Shown here: one piece after another, positions 44,301 to 53,365 of the stretch
Position numbering within the stretch: the stretch's first letter is position 1
How the letters are laid out: each line of letters starts with the position of its first letter
DNA from: a virus
IMG/VR virus record: IMGVR_UViG_3300037149_000105
Location: 83,411 to 147,410 of that record
DNA length: 64,000 nucleotides
Strand: one strand, 5' to 3'
Made by a program: the position numbers and the translations under genes
The notes under the pieces: model-generated
Told to the model about the DNA's origin: nothing
The model's database searches: none
Seen by the model: only the letters and a program-made list of their open reading frames with translations

Positions 44301-46492
44301 ATTACCACACCGGACTGACTTCCAGATACCTGGAAATCGTATGGGGTAGTATCTGAGGTGGCCCAGTATTTGTTTATTGCATAAGGAATAGGAGCAATGA
44401 CAGAAGTTGTAGTGTTTAAAAGATAGTTGTAGGTTCTGGTTGTTATATTACTTGCACTATCTGAAATTCCTATATTGAACTGATGAGAGCCAGTTTTGAT
44501 TCCAGCTTCATCTACAAATAAGATTTCGATCTGCCCATCGACCAGCTTGTAACCTGTGTCGGAGGTGGCAATAACGGCGATAATTTTGGAAGTGGTATTT
44601 CCCAGTGAGTCTACCGCAACCAATCCAATGTGGTAGGTGCCAAATCCATTCACCGTATAGCCTACTGTACCCTCCTCAACCAGAGCGGAGGCTACAGTAG
44701 TCGAAGCGGGAAGCACATTCCAAACTACATTTCCAGAGCCCCCATACTGCTCTAGCTCTAAGTAACCTAGGTATGGAAAAACAGTGGGAACAACAGCAAT
44801 GGACTCGTTAAGAATGTTAAATGTCGTGTTGCTTAAGACATTGATAGGGACAATCTGGTCATTGGAATCCCCCGCCGTATCCACCACATGAACACGAATT
44901 GTGTATGTTCCGGCTGGAATGTAAGACCCACTCACCTGAAGGTAAGGCTGTCCACTGATGTTTACAATGCTTACATTGCTTGTTGGATTGGGGAGGGTGG
45001 TCTGGGGGTCATCGTAAACGATGGAGAAGCCGTATGGAGCCGTCCCCCCCACTGCCACAAGCTCAACTGTTGTGCTTGGGGTAGCGATTCCACTCCCCGA
45101 AATAGAAGCAGAACTCAATTGGTAATCAATCTGAGCCAGCACATCTAATCCGGTCCAATCCGACCCATTCTGCACATCAATTTCAAGGATGTTAGTTCCT
45201 TTTTCGAATCCAATTGAAGTCGCATATGTTGAAGGAGGTGCAACAGGATTGGGGTTTGGGGCGTTATTGGTTATGGCTGGCTGAGGAGCCCCTATTACAT
45301 TACTGTTCAAGGCCACTCTTGGGGAATAGTCTGAGCAGAGTAGGGCCAGATTAAGAGTTGCTGTAGAAAAGTTGCTAGGCAGAAGGAAGGTGGTATGGTA
45401 ACGATAGCGAGTGTTCAGCCCACCACTGGGTGTAGAGGAAGTGGAGGGAGTGGGGCCGTCTCCCGCATTGACCCAGGTAGTCCCAGCCAACGTCCCCCAG
45501 TTTGGGTTAGGCTGCATAGCCTTTGCTGGGATGTAAGTCCCAGTCACCACGTTACCGGTCATTGTGGCTACCTGCCAGTCAAGATCAGACTGTCCGTATG
45601 CTCCAGGCCCAGTGGTGATGGTTACTGCGTTGACTGGTCCAGAGATTCCAGTGGTGCCAGTGGCTGAGCTAGGGGGGACCGCCTTCACACCCGCCTCTGT
45701 TAAGCTAATATCGGCAAGCTGCCAACCCGTTCCCACATAATAGGGTGCTCCGTTTGCAGAGTAGGGGTAACCCACTGGAAGAACAAATCCGCCTGAAAGG
45801 GTGAAGCGAACCAAAATACTGGCCGCTTCAAGGGCTGTAATGCCGGGTATGGTGGTATCATATTGATTTCCTGATGTGATGCCCCACCAGGGTTGGACAG
45901 CCCCATTCTGAAGGCTTGTGCCGTGGGAAATAGCCGTGTTCGGCCCTAGAGTTTCCACCAGATAGCACCAAAAGAGTCCTCCACTCAACCCTGTGTTGTC
46001 AGAAGTGGTGGGCCAAGATAGACTGGTGATGGACACCCAGGTATTCCCACCATCAGTGGAGTAGTCTAAAGCCATAGTTGGAACGGTGTCATCTGTTTTT
46101 AGAGCAGCAATTGCGTTGTAGCCGCAGACTACTGAAAGAAGGCCGTCAGCCCAGCTATCGGTTAGAGTTGGGAACGCTCCATATACCACGGTTTTAGTGT
46201 TCATTCCCTGCGCTGAGGCAGGAGCCGCCAAGGCTTTAAACCCAGTATGGTATTGTTGAACCAGAATGTTCGAATTGGAGTTGGTGGCCCAAGGATTTAT
46301 GATTTGCCCATTAACCCCAAACGGTGAGACCTGTCCCGCTGGGAGAGATGAACTATACCACCACCCCCCACTGGTAAAAGGAAACTCATTCCCTCCCGAA
46401 GGGCTGACTACTACACTCGCTGGATGCAAGGTAGGATCAAAATAAAACCCATCGTTAGTGGTTTCAGTTACTGGGCGCAAAATCTGAGTCAT
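41339..46492 (-). CDS. giant Ig-like repeat fibre/spike protein
   Basis: repeated ITTSSLP...ATGG..GY.W....LP.GL.L....G.ISG units. Confidence 0.8.
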   Translation of the reverse strand: MTQILRPVTETTNDGFYFDPTLHPASVVVSPSGGNEFPFTSGGWWYSSSLPAGQVSPFGVNGQIINPWATNSNSNILVQQYHTGFKALAAPASAQGMNTKTVVYGAFPTLTDSWADGLLSVVCGYNAIAALKTDDTVPTMALDYSTDGGNTWVSITSLSWPTTSDNTGLSGGLFWCYLVETLGPNTAISHGTSLQNGAVQPWWGITSGNQYDTTIPGITALEAASILVRFTLSGGFVLPVGYPYSANGAPYYVGTGWQLADISLTEAGVKAVPPSSATGTTGISGPVNAVTITTGPGAYGQSDLDWQVATMTGNVVTGTYIPAKAMQPNPNWGTLAGTTWVNAGDGPTPSTSSTPSGGLNTRYRYHTTFLLPSNFSTATLNLALLCSDYSPRVALNSNVIGAPQPAITNNAPNPNPVAPPSTYATSIGFEKGTNILEIDVQNGSDWTGLDVLAQIDYQLSSASISGSGIATPSTTVELVAVGGTAPYGFSIVYDDPQTTLPNPTSNVSIVNISGQPYLQVSGSYIPAGTYTIRVHVVDTAGDSNDQIVPINVLSNTTFNILNESIAVVPTVFPYLGYLELEQYGGSGNVVWNVLPASTTVASALVEEGTVGYTVNGFGTYHIGLVAVDSLGNTTSKIIAVIATSDTGYKLVDGQIEILFVDEAGIKTGSHQFNIGISDSASNITTRTYNYLLNTTTSVIAPIPYAINKYWATSDTTPYDFQVSGSQSGVVIGTSPAVTLANGLTVYVDGPSKFIEVSGPPTTSINAIANVKIPLIRASQVIGTLNRSYVTIPYAGSSLENLGANTVMTVPAVVGDFFTLNVQKPYFNSPDNDRDATWYVRVQAGSSLPTGLSLDQHTGLIYGPVESANTSPAIIEFVNQSGVVVGTFTINFNFFASDYTLIESLPIGKLGSVYNGFITSTSTDALTSGSVIFGNMPAGLTITTSGNTLLITGTPTEAGYFDFWVNSISSTGKKGYIYKRLEVTFIAPLAITSTVIPSVISTQSYSQQLTAVGGVGGYTWTVSSGTLPSGVTLSATGLLSGISSNVGYAQSITFTVTDSDDNIFNQAIQVTVESALTIINASPLPNVELNVPYSLKLLAQGGTGTGYVWGVSPSLPTGLSLNTSTGIISGTVAGATLPIPASVLYGITISVTDSGSNTTSSPFNLSVVPKPPPLGINVSGVGPITRGGNYSATLTATGSGVLPYTWLFSNPASAPAGLQINANGVDQGGTAFISGVTTAVLNNVSVEVTLADSAGGLVNGYIILNSIESVDILTPGPNLPQGQTGSNYSFNLSGFSNNLPLTWATTTPLPSGMSMNSAGTITAGNITAGTGTYNTTFQLTDGISDTTTATFSITIVNTTLAITTSSLPIIPNGQPFSYTLAATGGSGTGYVWECSDPASGGLLANGWTVTVAATGTLTTTGATGTYTVSATGGSGLYSGTGLFPWSTLTNTVPAVSGLTKTLFYNYVGTVQVTDTVTNQTIRGVINIPFQLSPTDTLPKTVSCSQSLSNSCNLASVLPTGVSLSEGGVLATTGTTALFNQPVEFTVTDSDGATVSATLNLQVQTITPLGALQTGPDSISGSQTGFLGTIGLVPGDIQAINPRPNQSFYIYGSGIPAGVTASQLQVTTTVNSNTGAYSNMVGVIESISSTGIVVIKLVFEGLQNGYMTNAPLGIQSNSLDITLINTANGAKASGTFSFQTINPGVLTILQGFLVALPTY

Positions 46493-46530
46493 CGGGTGCC
46501 TTCTATTAAGGATGTCGAAAATCCGTTTGT

Positions 46531-49500
46531 TTAAGCCACAATCAGGGTGATGATGCTGGTCCCGCTGGTAGAAACCCCAGTTGAATCAGTAACAGTGATG
46601 CCAAGAGTGACGGTGTAAACCCCTGCGGTAGGAGCCCCTGCATATGCCGGGATGGTGAAACTCTGCCCAGTCTGACCGGATAGCTGTAACCCTCCGTTCC
46701 AAAGTCCAGTGATGTTGTCAGTTGGGGCATAATCCTGATAAGTCACAGGATAGGCAGAGTTATTTACCACAAGAAGTTCGTTGGATGGACTTGACTTGAT
46801 GAAGGCGCTAGCCCCAGAACTCATCGAAACAGAGGTTACGTTCCAAGTGAAAGGTGGGTGGCCAAGCTGAACATGAATGCACTCAGCCGTCGAATAGGAG
46901 ACAGATTGACCAGCGGTAAATGCGTGAGCGGTAGAGACAAACTGCACGGTATTCATTGTCTCGGCCTGCACATAAACTGAGATGGTTGCGACCACACTAG
47001 TCACCAACGGGGTTCCACTGCTATCCGCCACCTGATAGGTAATGTTAGTCGTGTAAGTATTCCCAGGAAGCCCCATAGCCACGTTGAAGAATGGCTGTCC
47101 GTTACTGTTTATACCGAAGTAGGTTGGGTTACTCACAACCGTGCAAACTGCTCCGTAAGGAGCGGTCCCACCACTGATGGATAGCGGGGGGGTGGAAATG
47201 ATGAAGTTTGCAGAAGTGTACTCGGATACGGTGAAGGAGACCGTATTTCCTTGTGCCGCAAGGGCTGGGGGTGAAACAACAAAGCTAGCAGAGCCAGTTA
47301 AACTCCCGGCATTCTGAATAGAGAAGGTTCCGGTTCCTCCAACCGAAGCAGTAGTGAAAGTGTAATACAAATCATAAGTCTGGGCATAGGAGGAGTTATA
47401 GTGGTTGGTCACGTTTACAACCACTGGATTACTCAGAGTGCCAAGATTGGTGATGAGCCCAGGAGCCGGAGAAGCAGCGGACAGGAACCCTTCAACATGC
47501 AGACTGACGAACGGGCTGCCTTGAGCAAGGCTGTAAGTTGTATTCGGCTGAACCTGACCTCCACTGGTCAGATTGATAGTAGCGGTTTGTGGGTTAATAG
47601 TCAGTGGGATGGCAACGGCGAAGGCTGAATACCCCGGTGCGGTTGCGGTCAGATTTACCGTCACATTAGCTGTATTGATTGGAGTCCCAATCAGTTGAAT
47701 AGTCTGGTTGTAGATGGCAGTGGCATTACCCCCACCAGAGATGGAAGTTCCATGCATCAAGACTGTTCCGCTTGGATCCGCAAGCAGCAATCCAGCCGGA
47801 AGCTGGCTATCCAGAGTCCAGGTAGCATTCGTGCTCAAAGTGATAGACTGTGCGAGTGGGGTGACGCTCACACCGGTCCAGAGAGGCCCGCCCGTTAGTG
47901 TGTTGGTCAGAGCCTGAAGGGCCGGGGCCAGCCCGGAACTTGAGGTTGTCATCGGGATAACCGTGAAGGGCACAGTTGCAACCGTAGACTGGTTACCATT
48001 CGCATCTGTCGCTTGAACTTGAACCATGTAATTCAGAGTTGAGTTCAAGGAGTTGGCAGACACAGTGGGGAGGCTGTTAACCAACAGGAAACACCCGGTA
48101 TACGGGGTCTGTGCGGAAGTCCCGGTAGGACTGAGGAACGTGGTGGTGGTCTGATTGTTATGGACCGTTACACCTGGGAAAGTAGTTCCATTCACCAGTG
48201 AGAAGGTATAGGGTGCAGTGCCACCAGTTGCATTCAGGATATAGAACCAATTTACGTAGGTTGTGTTAGCCTGATAACCTAGAGCCGCTGCATTTAATGT
48301 ATCTCCCTGCACGGTAGTTACGGTGACGACTGGAGTTGAGGTCCCGCCGCTGCCACCCCCCGCGACTGAGCAGTGAACGCTCATCTCCTTGGATAGATTA
48401 TTGTTCGTTACCACAGTTCCCAGCGTGTAATTTCCAAGACTGCTGATAGCGGAGTTTGAGGGTGAGGTTCCCGTATCATCCAAGATGATGAACGTATAAG
48501 GGTTAGACCCTAAAGCAGTTGTGGTGACACCTTGAGTTGGAGTGACGGCGGCGGTATCGGCTGCTCTCATCTGTGTATGGGCGAGGTTTGAGTAATCACC
48601 TTGGTAGTAAGCGACACCCATAGGGAAGTAAGGGGTGGTGATCCCACTCTGTTGGGAAGTCACGCTTTGAGCAACCGCACCTGAGCTAATCGCACCAGCC
48701 TCACTGGGGGTTAGTAAGGAGATTCCAGGGAACACCTCGTTAACCACAGTGGTTCCGCTGGCCTGGGTGCTGGTGATGGTGCCACCGGCAACTGAGTAAA
48801 AAGCAAAATTGGTGGAATAAGTGTTAGAGTTTGTATCAGTTGCAATAATCTCTAGCACGTATGGGTTAGAGGCAGCGAGTGCAGGGGTGGTGAACTTGCT
48901 GGTTAACAGGGTGGTGGGCACCAGAGTGACGGTTCCAGTTGAAGTGGTTACAACCGGGCCTACGACTGTTTCACCCGCAGAATTGATTCCGGTGAAAGTG
49001 GGGTAGGGAATCGTGGTGGCCCCACCGATGCTCCATGTATAGACTTGCTGGTCTGCTGGGAGATTGGGCTGATGGACAGTGATGATAGGATCATAGATAT
49101 CCTGCCACTGAGCGGGATAGGGCTTACCAGTGGTGGGGTCCACAAGATTGCTGTTTGAGGTAGAGAAAAGGGATTGCAGGATTCCAGAGAGCCCTGAACC
49201 AAGACCAGCGGTGGTTGCATCCACAATAAACTTGCTGTTATTAGACTGCCCCGCTCCGCCAACCGTGGAATAGAGATTAGTAAATTGGATTTGAGTCGCT
49301 TCGGTTCGCAGATCATATATTTGATTAGAAGTTGGGTTCCAGACAGCAATTCCAAAGAAAGACCCAGGAAGAGATGGTGGGAGGTAGGGAGACCCCTGCT
49401 GAGCGTCTGGTAGATTATTCAGAGGAGTGAAGGTCCAGTCAGTCGTGTAGGAACTACTGTTCTTGTTAATGATGACATATTCAAGAGCAGAAGGTCCGGT

Positions 49501-52500
49501 ACCACCAGATCCACCCTTAAGAGTGGAGGTGAGGTTAATGACCTTGGAGACAGAAGCTCCGGTCTGGTCCACTACATGAGCTACGATTGAGTAGGCTCCA
49601 TCCGCAAGGAAGGTTCCACCGGCCAGAGAGGCACTAACAATGGGGCTCAGTATCGTGTTGAGTGCAGGGACGGAGATGTCTAGACTCCAAACATATGGGG
49701 CAACCCCACCCGTAGCAGAGAGGGGGAAGGAGACGACATATGGGTAAGCGGTGGGGCTGAAAACCTGATCTCCGGTCATGATGGTAAGGGGGGGAGTTCC
49801 CAGACCAGAGACTACATCTACTGCCTCTGGGGAGATGATGGATAGTGCGTTTCCAATGGAACTATCGGAAGTGAAAGAGGAGATGGTGTAGGGGCTTCGG
49901 CCACCAAAGACTGGAATGGCCATTTTGAAATCCATTCCCTCAGAGATGATGGTTTGGTCCATGTTTCCTAGAGTCAGATTCATGGGAAGCAACCACATTT
50001 GGAAACTCACTGAAGAGTAAGAACCAATGGAGTCTACTACTTCGGTGACGAATACAAACTGATTAACAAAATCGGAGTCGGAGTTATAGGTGACCGGATA
50101 ACCACTGATCAGGCCAGAGCCAGCATCCAGGGAAAGTCCTAGTGGAAGCGCACCGTCCACGACACTCCAGGAGTAAGGAGGTAGCCCGCCCGTGGCGGTA
50201 AGCTGTGATTGGTAATATGCACCTACAGTGGCTGCGGGAGGCGTAACAGTCTGGACAGCAATATCTGACTCAATGGTGAGCATCACAGTGGCTTCAGCAA
50301 TGAAAGCTGGGCTTGTCGCATCCTGCACAGAGAAGTTGATGTTATATACCCCCACTGCTAGCGGTGTCCCGCTTAGGGTTCCATCTAGAGATAGGTTGAG
50401 CCCGAACGGGAGGGAGTCGGAATACCAATCGTAGGGGGTGGTCCCACCTGTAGCTGAAAGCTGAGTCTCCTGCATTGGCTGCCCCACAATGGCAGTTGGC
50501 AGAGCCGTGGTGGAGATTAACACTGGGGTGACCAATGCCAGATTTGAAGTGAAGTTCAATGCCGGAATAACCAGATCCTTCAAGTTAGGACGATAGACCA
50601 AGGGAAATACATCTGCCGACATGGTATTCAACAGAGAAGAGGCGTTGTTGGTTCGGCTGGTGGCCACTAAAATCTTCAACTCTTGAGTCATATTGTCCTG
50701 CACTAGGGCTTTTACAATGACCATGTAAGGTTGAGGTTGGTAGGTGGAACTACTGGAGGATGCGATTTCGAATCCGGCCTCGCCTCCCAGACCTACGTTA
50801 CCGGTTCCAATCACGCCTGCGGTAGTGGAATTATACACTTGATTCTGAACAAAGACACTGAAGGTCAATGAACGACGAAGGTAAACTGGGGGAGTCAGAG
50901 TGGAGTAATCGTATTCAAGCTCAACTAGAATAGCCTGACTGCCAGGGGTGCTGAAAGTCGTGGCCTGCGTCTTCTGACTGATTGGAAGCCAGCCAGTATT
51001 TGTGCCATTACTGTAGGTTATACGCCAGTAATCGGCTGCCGCATAGGACTGGCTCAGAGTGATGGTGAGAGATTGCCCGATGGAAAGGGTAGACTGACTG
51101 ACCCCCACCAAGGAGTTATCGATTGGACCAGGGAACGCTAAGAAATTGGACCAGGGGTTAGAGTCCAGAATAGCCCCACGGTTGGATGACAAGGCCGTCA
51201 TATTCATGGTATAACTATCGTTATTGGCCAGTTGGTAGGTGAAGAGCCTGGAATCATTTGAAGTGTTGCTTACTTCTAACCCAGTTGGAGGAAGACCAGC
51301 CAAATTAAATAGCTGAACTGGGGTTGCCCCATTGTCGGACAACTGGATGTTCCAACCTGAATAGAGGCTGTAAGTGTTGTTTACTGGCAGAGGATTCCAG
51401 ATAACCGTCAACAAGTCGGAGTCATCAATCTCTGCGATGGTGGGGGCTCCAGAAAGCTGGGTAGCATTCACAGAACTATTGGAGACCACAACAGAAGGGA
51501 TGGAATAGACACTGGTGCGATAATCTGTTCCGATGAGGGTGTATACACTGGTCCCCACGATAGTCTGAGTGCTCTGTACCGAATTGAGGACGCTAAGAGG
51601 GACATCAGCGTTTCTTTGGAGCATCAATGTTACGGGGGATCCCGTGACTCCCCAATTGACATTAAACTGGATGTTGTCAGGAGTCTGAGTAACGGCTGGA
51701 CCGAAACTGGTTATGGTGAGTGGAGAGGCCGAGCCGGTTACGACCAAAGACACGTTCGTGAAGGAATTGGAATAGTTGGGCTCCGTTCCCAGCACCTGGA
51801 AGTTAAAGCTCCCCACTTGGGGGACCGCTCCCACGATCTGATTGTTCACGATACTGAGTCCTGGAGGGGCATTTACCAAAGAGAACTTGACATCAGTAAT
51901 AGGTTGAAGAGTTCCGCTGTTGGTTGCGACTAGGGAAACGGGGGTGATGCTGCTTCCAGTGACTTGACTCAAGGTAATGATGGCGTTATTGTTTATGCTG
52001 AATGTTGGCAATCCGGTCGAGAGTAACACTGCACTCAATTGGCCAGTTCTAGTGGGGGAAGTTAAACTATTGTTTGCCGTCACCACCACTGTCCACTTGC
52101 CTTTGAATTGAGCGGTGGTAGGAATGACTAGATCAAAGGTGTTGGAAGGGGCTACAGAGGTCAGTGAGAAGGTTGTTGGAGGTGTGATGGAGGGCTCACC
52201 ATTCGCAGATACCAGTGCTACCGTTACGTTGATGGTCTCCCCAGCCTGGAACTCGGTTGTGGGAGTGGCAGGGACAGATACGGTAAAAGGAACGGAACTT
52301 CCAGCAGGGCCAGTCTTAAAGGGAGCGTCAATCTGAAGTTTTATTGCACTCGTAGAAGTCCAAGTTCCAGTGGCCTGCCCGACTTGGAAGGGACCAAAGT
52401 TGAGGTTTGAAATGGTATTTCCAGAATCTTGGATTGCCACCTGGAATTGCACCGTTCCAGCCGTTTCCGGAGTCCAGTTCATGGAGGAAGAAGTGGTAGT

Positions 52501-53334
52501 CCCCCCCTCAGTAATCACACCCGTAGCGGTACCGGAAACGTTCCAGATGAAGGCAAGCCCCCCACCCAGTCCATCCAGATAATCAGATTGAATATTAAGC
52601 ACCATGTAATCTTGGGTATTGTCGAAATAGCAAGACATTGCGGCATCTAGCATCCCCACCTTGGTTGCTAGAGTCCCTATCACAAGGCTCAGATCATACG
52701 GATAGGTCAGGGAGTCATACATGGTTCCAGGGCAGAAAGCCAAGAAATCATAGGTTGCGGGGGAAGAGGCTGCCATTCCTCCGGAGATTGAATTGATGTT
52801 TGGCTGTGCGACTTGAAGGGACGCAGAGTTTCCATCAGCCGTGATAAGCGAAAGACCGCCAGGAAGACCGACCGGGGTGATGTAGCTTACCTGTCCGTTG
52901 GAGATGGGGGTTCCGTTCAACCCCAGTGCCTGTAGGGTTACGGGAACTGCGGTGGAATCGTATGCTAGATAATTATTTGTCCTACCTGAAACTGAAATAG
53001 AAAGAGGTTCAAGAACCTCTATGGCCAACGGGTAGTAAACTTGTGTCACTCCATCATCAGCTTTAACATAACACTGGAAGAGTCGAGTATCTGCACTAGG
53101 GCTGATGAACTTCACCTGAGCCGTGTTGGTTGCAGAATTAGTCTCTAAGGTGAGCCAAGAGGGGTTTAGAAACAAGCCCCAGCTAACGGTACTGGCAGGA
53201 TTCACAGCCGTCAGGGTCACCAAATTAGCCGTTTGAAGGGCTGCGATACGTACGATTGCCCCCTCATCATCAGCGTTCAGAGTAAGAAGCACGTTTTGTT
53301 GGTCAATCGTTGCGGCAGAGAGTGTTAAGGCCAT
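46531..53334 (-). CDS. giant Ig-like repeat fibre protein
   Basis: 2267 aa; ATGG..PY.W...LP.GL.L..G.LSG.P repeats. Confidence 0.8.
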   Translation of the reverse strand: MALTLSAATIDQQNVLLTLNADDEGAIVRIAALQTANLVTLTAVNPASTVSWGLFLNPSWLTLETNSATNTAQVKFISPSADTRLFQCYVKADDGVTQVYYPLAIEVLEPLSISVSGRTNNYLAYDSTAVPVTLQALGLNGTPISNGQVSYITPVGLPGGLSLITADGNSASLQVAQPNINSISGGMAASSPATYDFLAFCPGTMYDSLTYPYDLSLVIGTLATKVGMLDAAMSCYFDNTQDYMVLNIQSDYLDGLGGGLAFIWNVSGTATGVITEGGTTTSSSMNWTPETAGTVQFQVAIQDSGNTISNLNFGPFQVGQATGTWTSTSAIKLQIDAPFKTGPAGSSVPFTVSVPATPTTEFQAGETINVTVALVSANGEPSITPPTTFSLTSVAPSNTFDLVIPTTAQFKGKWTVVVTANNSLTSPTRTGQLSAVLLSTGLPTFSINNNAIITLSQVTGSSITPVSLVATNSGTLQPITDVKFSLVNAPPGLSIVNNQIVGAVPQVGSFNFQVLGTEPNYSNSFTNVSLVVTGSASPLTITSFGPAVTQTPDNIQFNVNWGVTGSPVTLMLQRNADVPLSVLNSVQSTQTIVGTSVYTLIGTDYRTSVYSIPSVVVSNSSVNATQLSGAPTIAEIDDSDLLTVIWNPLPVNNTYSLYSGWNIQLSDNGATPVQLFNLAGLPPTGLEVSNTSNDSRLFTYQLANNDSYTMNMTALSSNRGAILDSNPWSNFLAFPGPIDNSLVGVSQSTLSIGQSLTITLSQSYAAADYWRITYSNGTNTGWLPISQKTQATTFSTPGSQAILVELEYDYSTLTPPVYLRRSLTFSVFVQNQVYNSTTAGVIGTGNVGLGGEAGFEIASSSSSTYQPQPYMVIVKALVQDNMTQELKILVATSRTNNASSLLNTMSADVFPLVYRPNLKDLVIPALNFTSNLALVTPVLISTTALPTAIVGQPMQETQLSATGGTTPYDWYSDSLPFGLNLSLDGTLSGTPLAVGVYNINFSVQDATSPAFIAEATVMLTIESDIAVQTVTPPAATVGAYYQSQLTATGGLPPYSWSVVDGALPLGLSLDAGSGLISGYPVTYNSDSDFVNQFVFVTEVVDSIGSYSSVSFQMWLLPMNLTLGNMDQTIISEGMDFKMAIPVFGGRSPYTISSFTSDSSIGNALSIISPEAVDVVSGLGTPPLTIMTGDQVFSPTAYPYVVSFPLSATGGVAPYVWSLDISVPALNTILSPIVSASLAGGTFLADGAYSIVAHVVDQTGASVSKVINLTSTLKGGSGGTGPSALEYVIINKNSSSYTTDWTFTPLNNLPDAQQGSPYLPPSLPGSFFGIAVWNPTSNQIYDLRTEATQIQFTNLYSTVGGAGQSNNSKFIVDATTAGLGSGLSGILQSLFSTSNSNLVDPTTGKPYPAQWQDIYDPIITVHQPNLPADQQVYTWSIGGATTIPYPTFTGINSAGETVVGPVVTTSTGTVTLVPTTLLTSKFTTPALAASNPYVLEIIATDTNSNTYSTNFAFYSVAGGTITSTQASGTTVVNEVFPGISLLTPSEAGAISSGAVAQSVTSQQSGITTPYFPMGVAYYQGDYSNLAHTQMRAADTAAVTPTQGVTTTALGSNPYTFIILDDTGTSPSNSAISSLGNYTLGTVVTNNNLSKEMSVHCSVAGGGSGGTSTPVVTVTTVQGDTLNAAALGYQANTTYVNWFYILNATGGTAPYTFSLVNGTTFPGVTVHNNQTTTTFLSPTGTSAQTPYTGCFLLVNSLPTVSANSLNSTLNYMVQVQATDANGNQSTVATVPFTVIPMTTSSSGLAPALQALTNTLTGGPLWTGVSVTPLAQSITLSTNATWTLDSQLPAGLLLADPSGTVLMHGTSISGGGNATAIYNQTIQLIGTPINTANVTVNLTATAPGYSAFAVAIPLTINPQTATINLTSGGQVQPNTTYSLAQGSPFVSLHVEGFLSAASPAPGLITNLGTLSNPVVVNVTNHYNSSYAQTYDLYYTFTTASVGGTGTFSIQNAGSLTGSASFVVSPPALAAQGNTVSFTVSEYTSANFIISTPPLSISGGTAPYGAVCTVVSNPTYFGINSNGQPFFNVAMGLPGNTYTTNITYQVADSSGTPLVTSVVATISVYVQAETMNTVQFVSTAHAFTAGQSVSYSTAECIHVQLGHPPFTWNVTSVSMSSGASAFIKSSPSNELLVVNNSAYPVTYQDYAPTDNITGLWNGGLQLSGQTGQSFTIPAYAGAPTAGVYTVTLGITVTDSTGVSTSGTSIITLIVA

Positions 53335-53365
53335 TGTTTCAAGTCCTCATAAGAGCGGTCGGTAT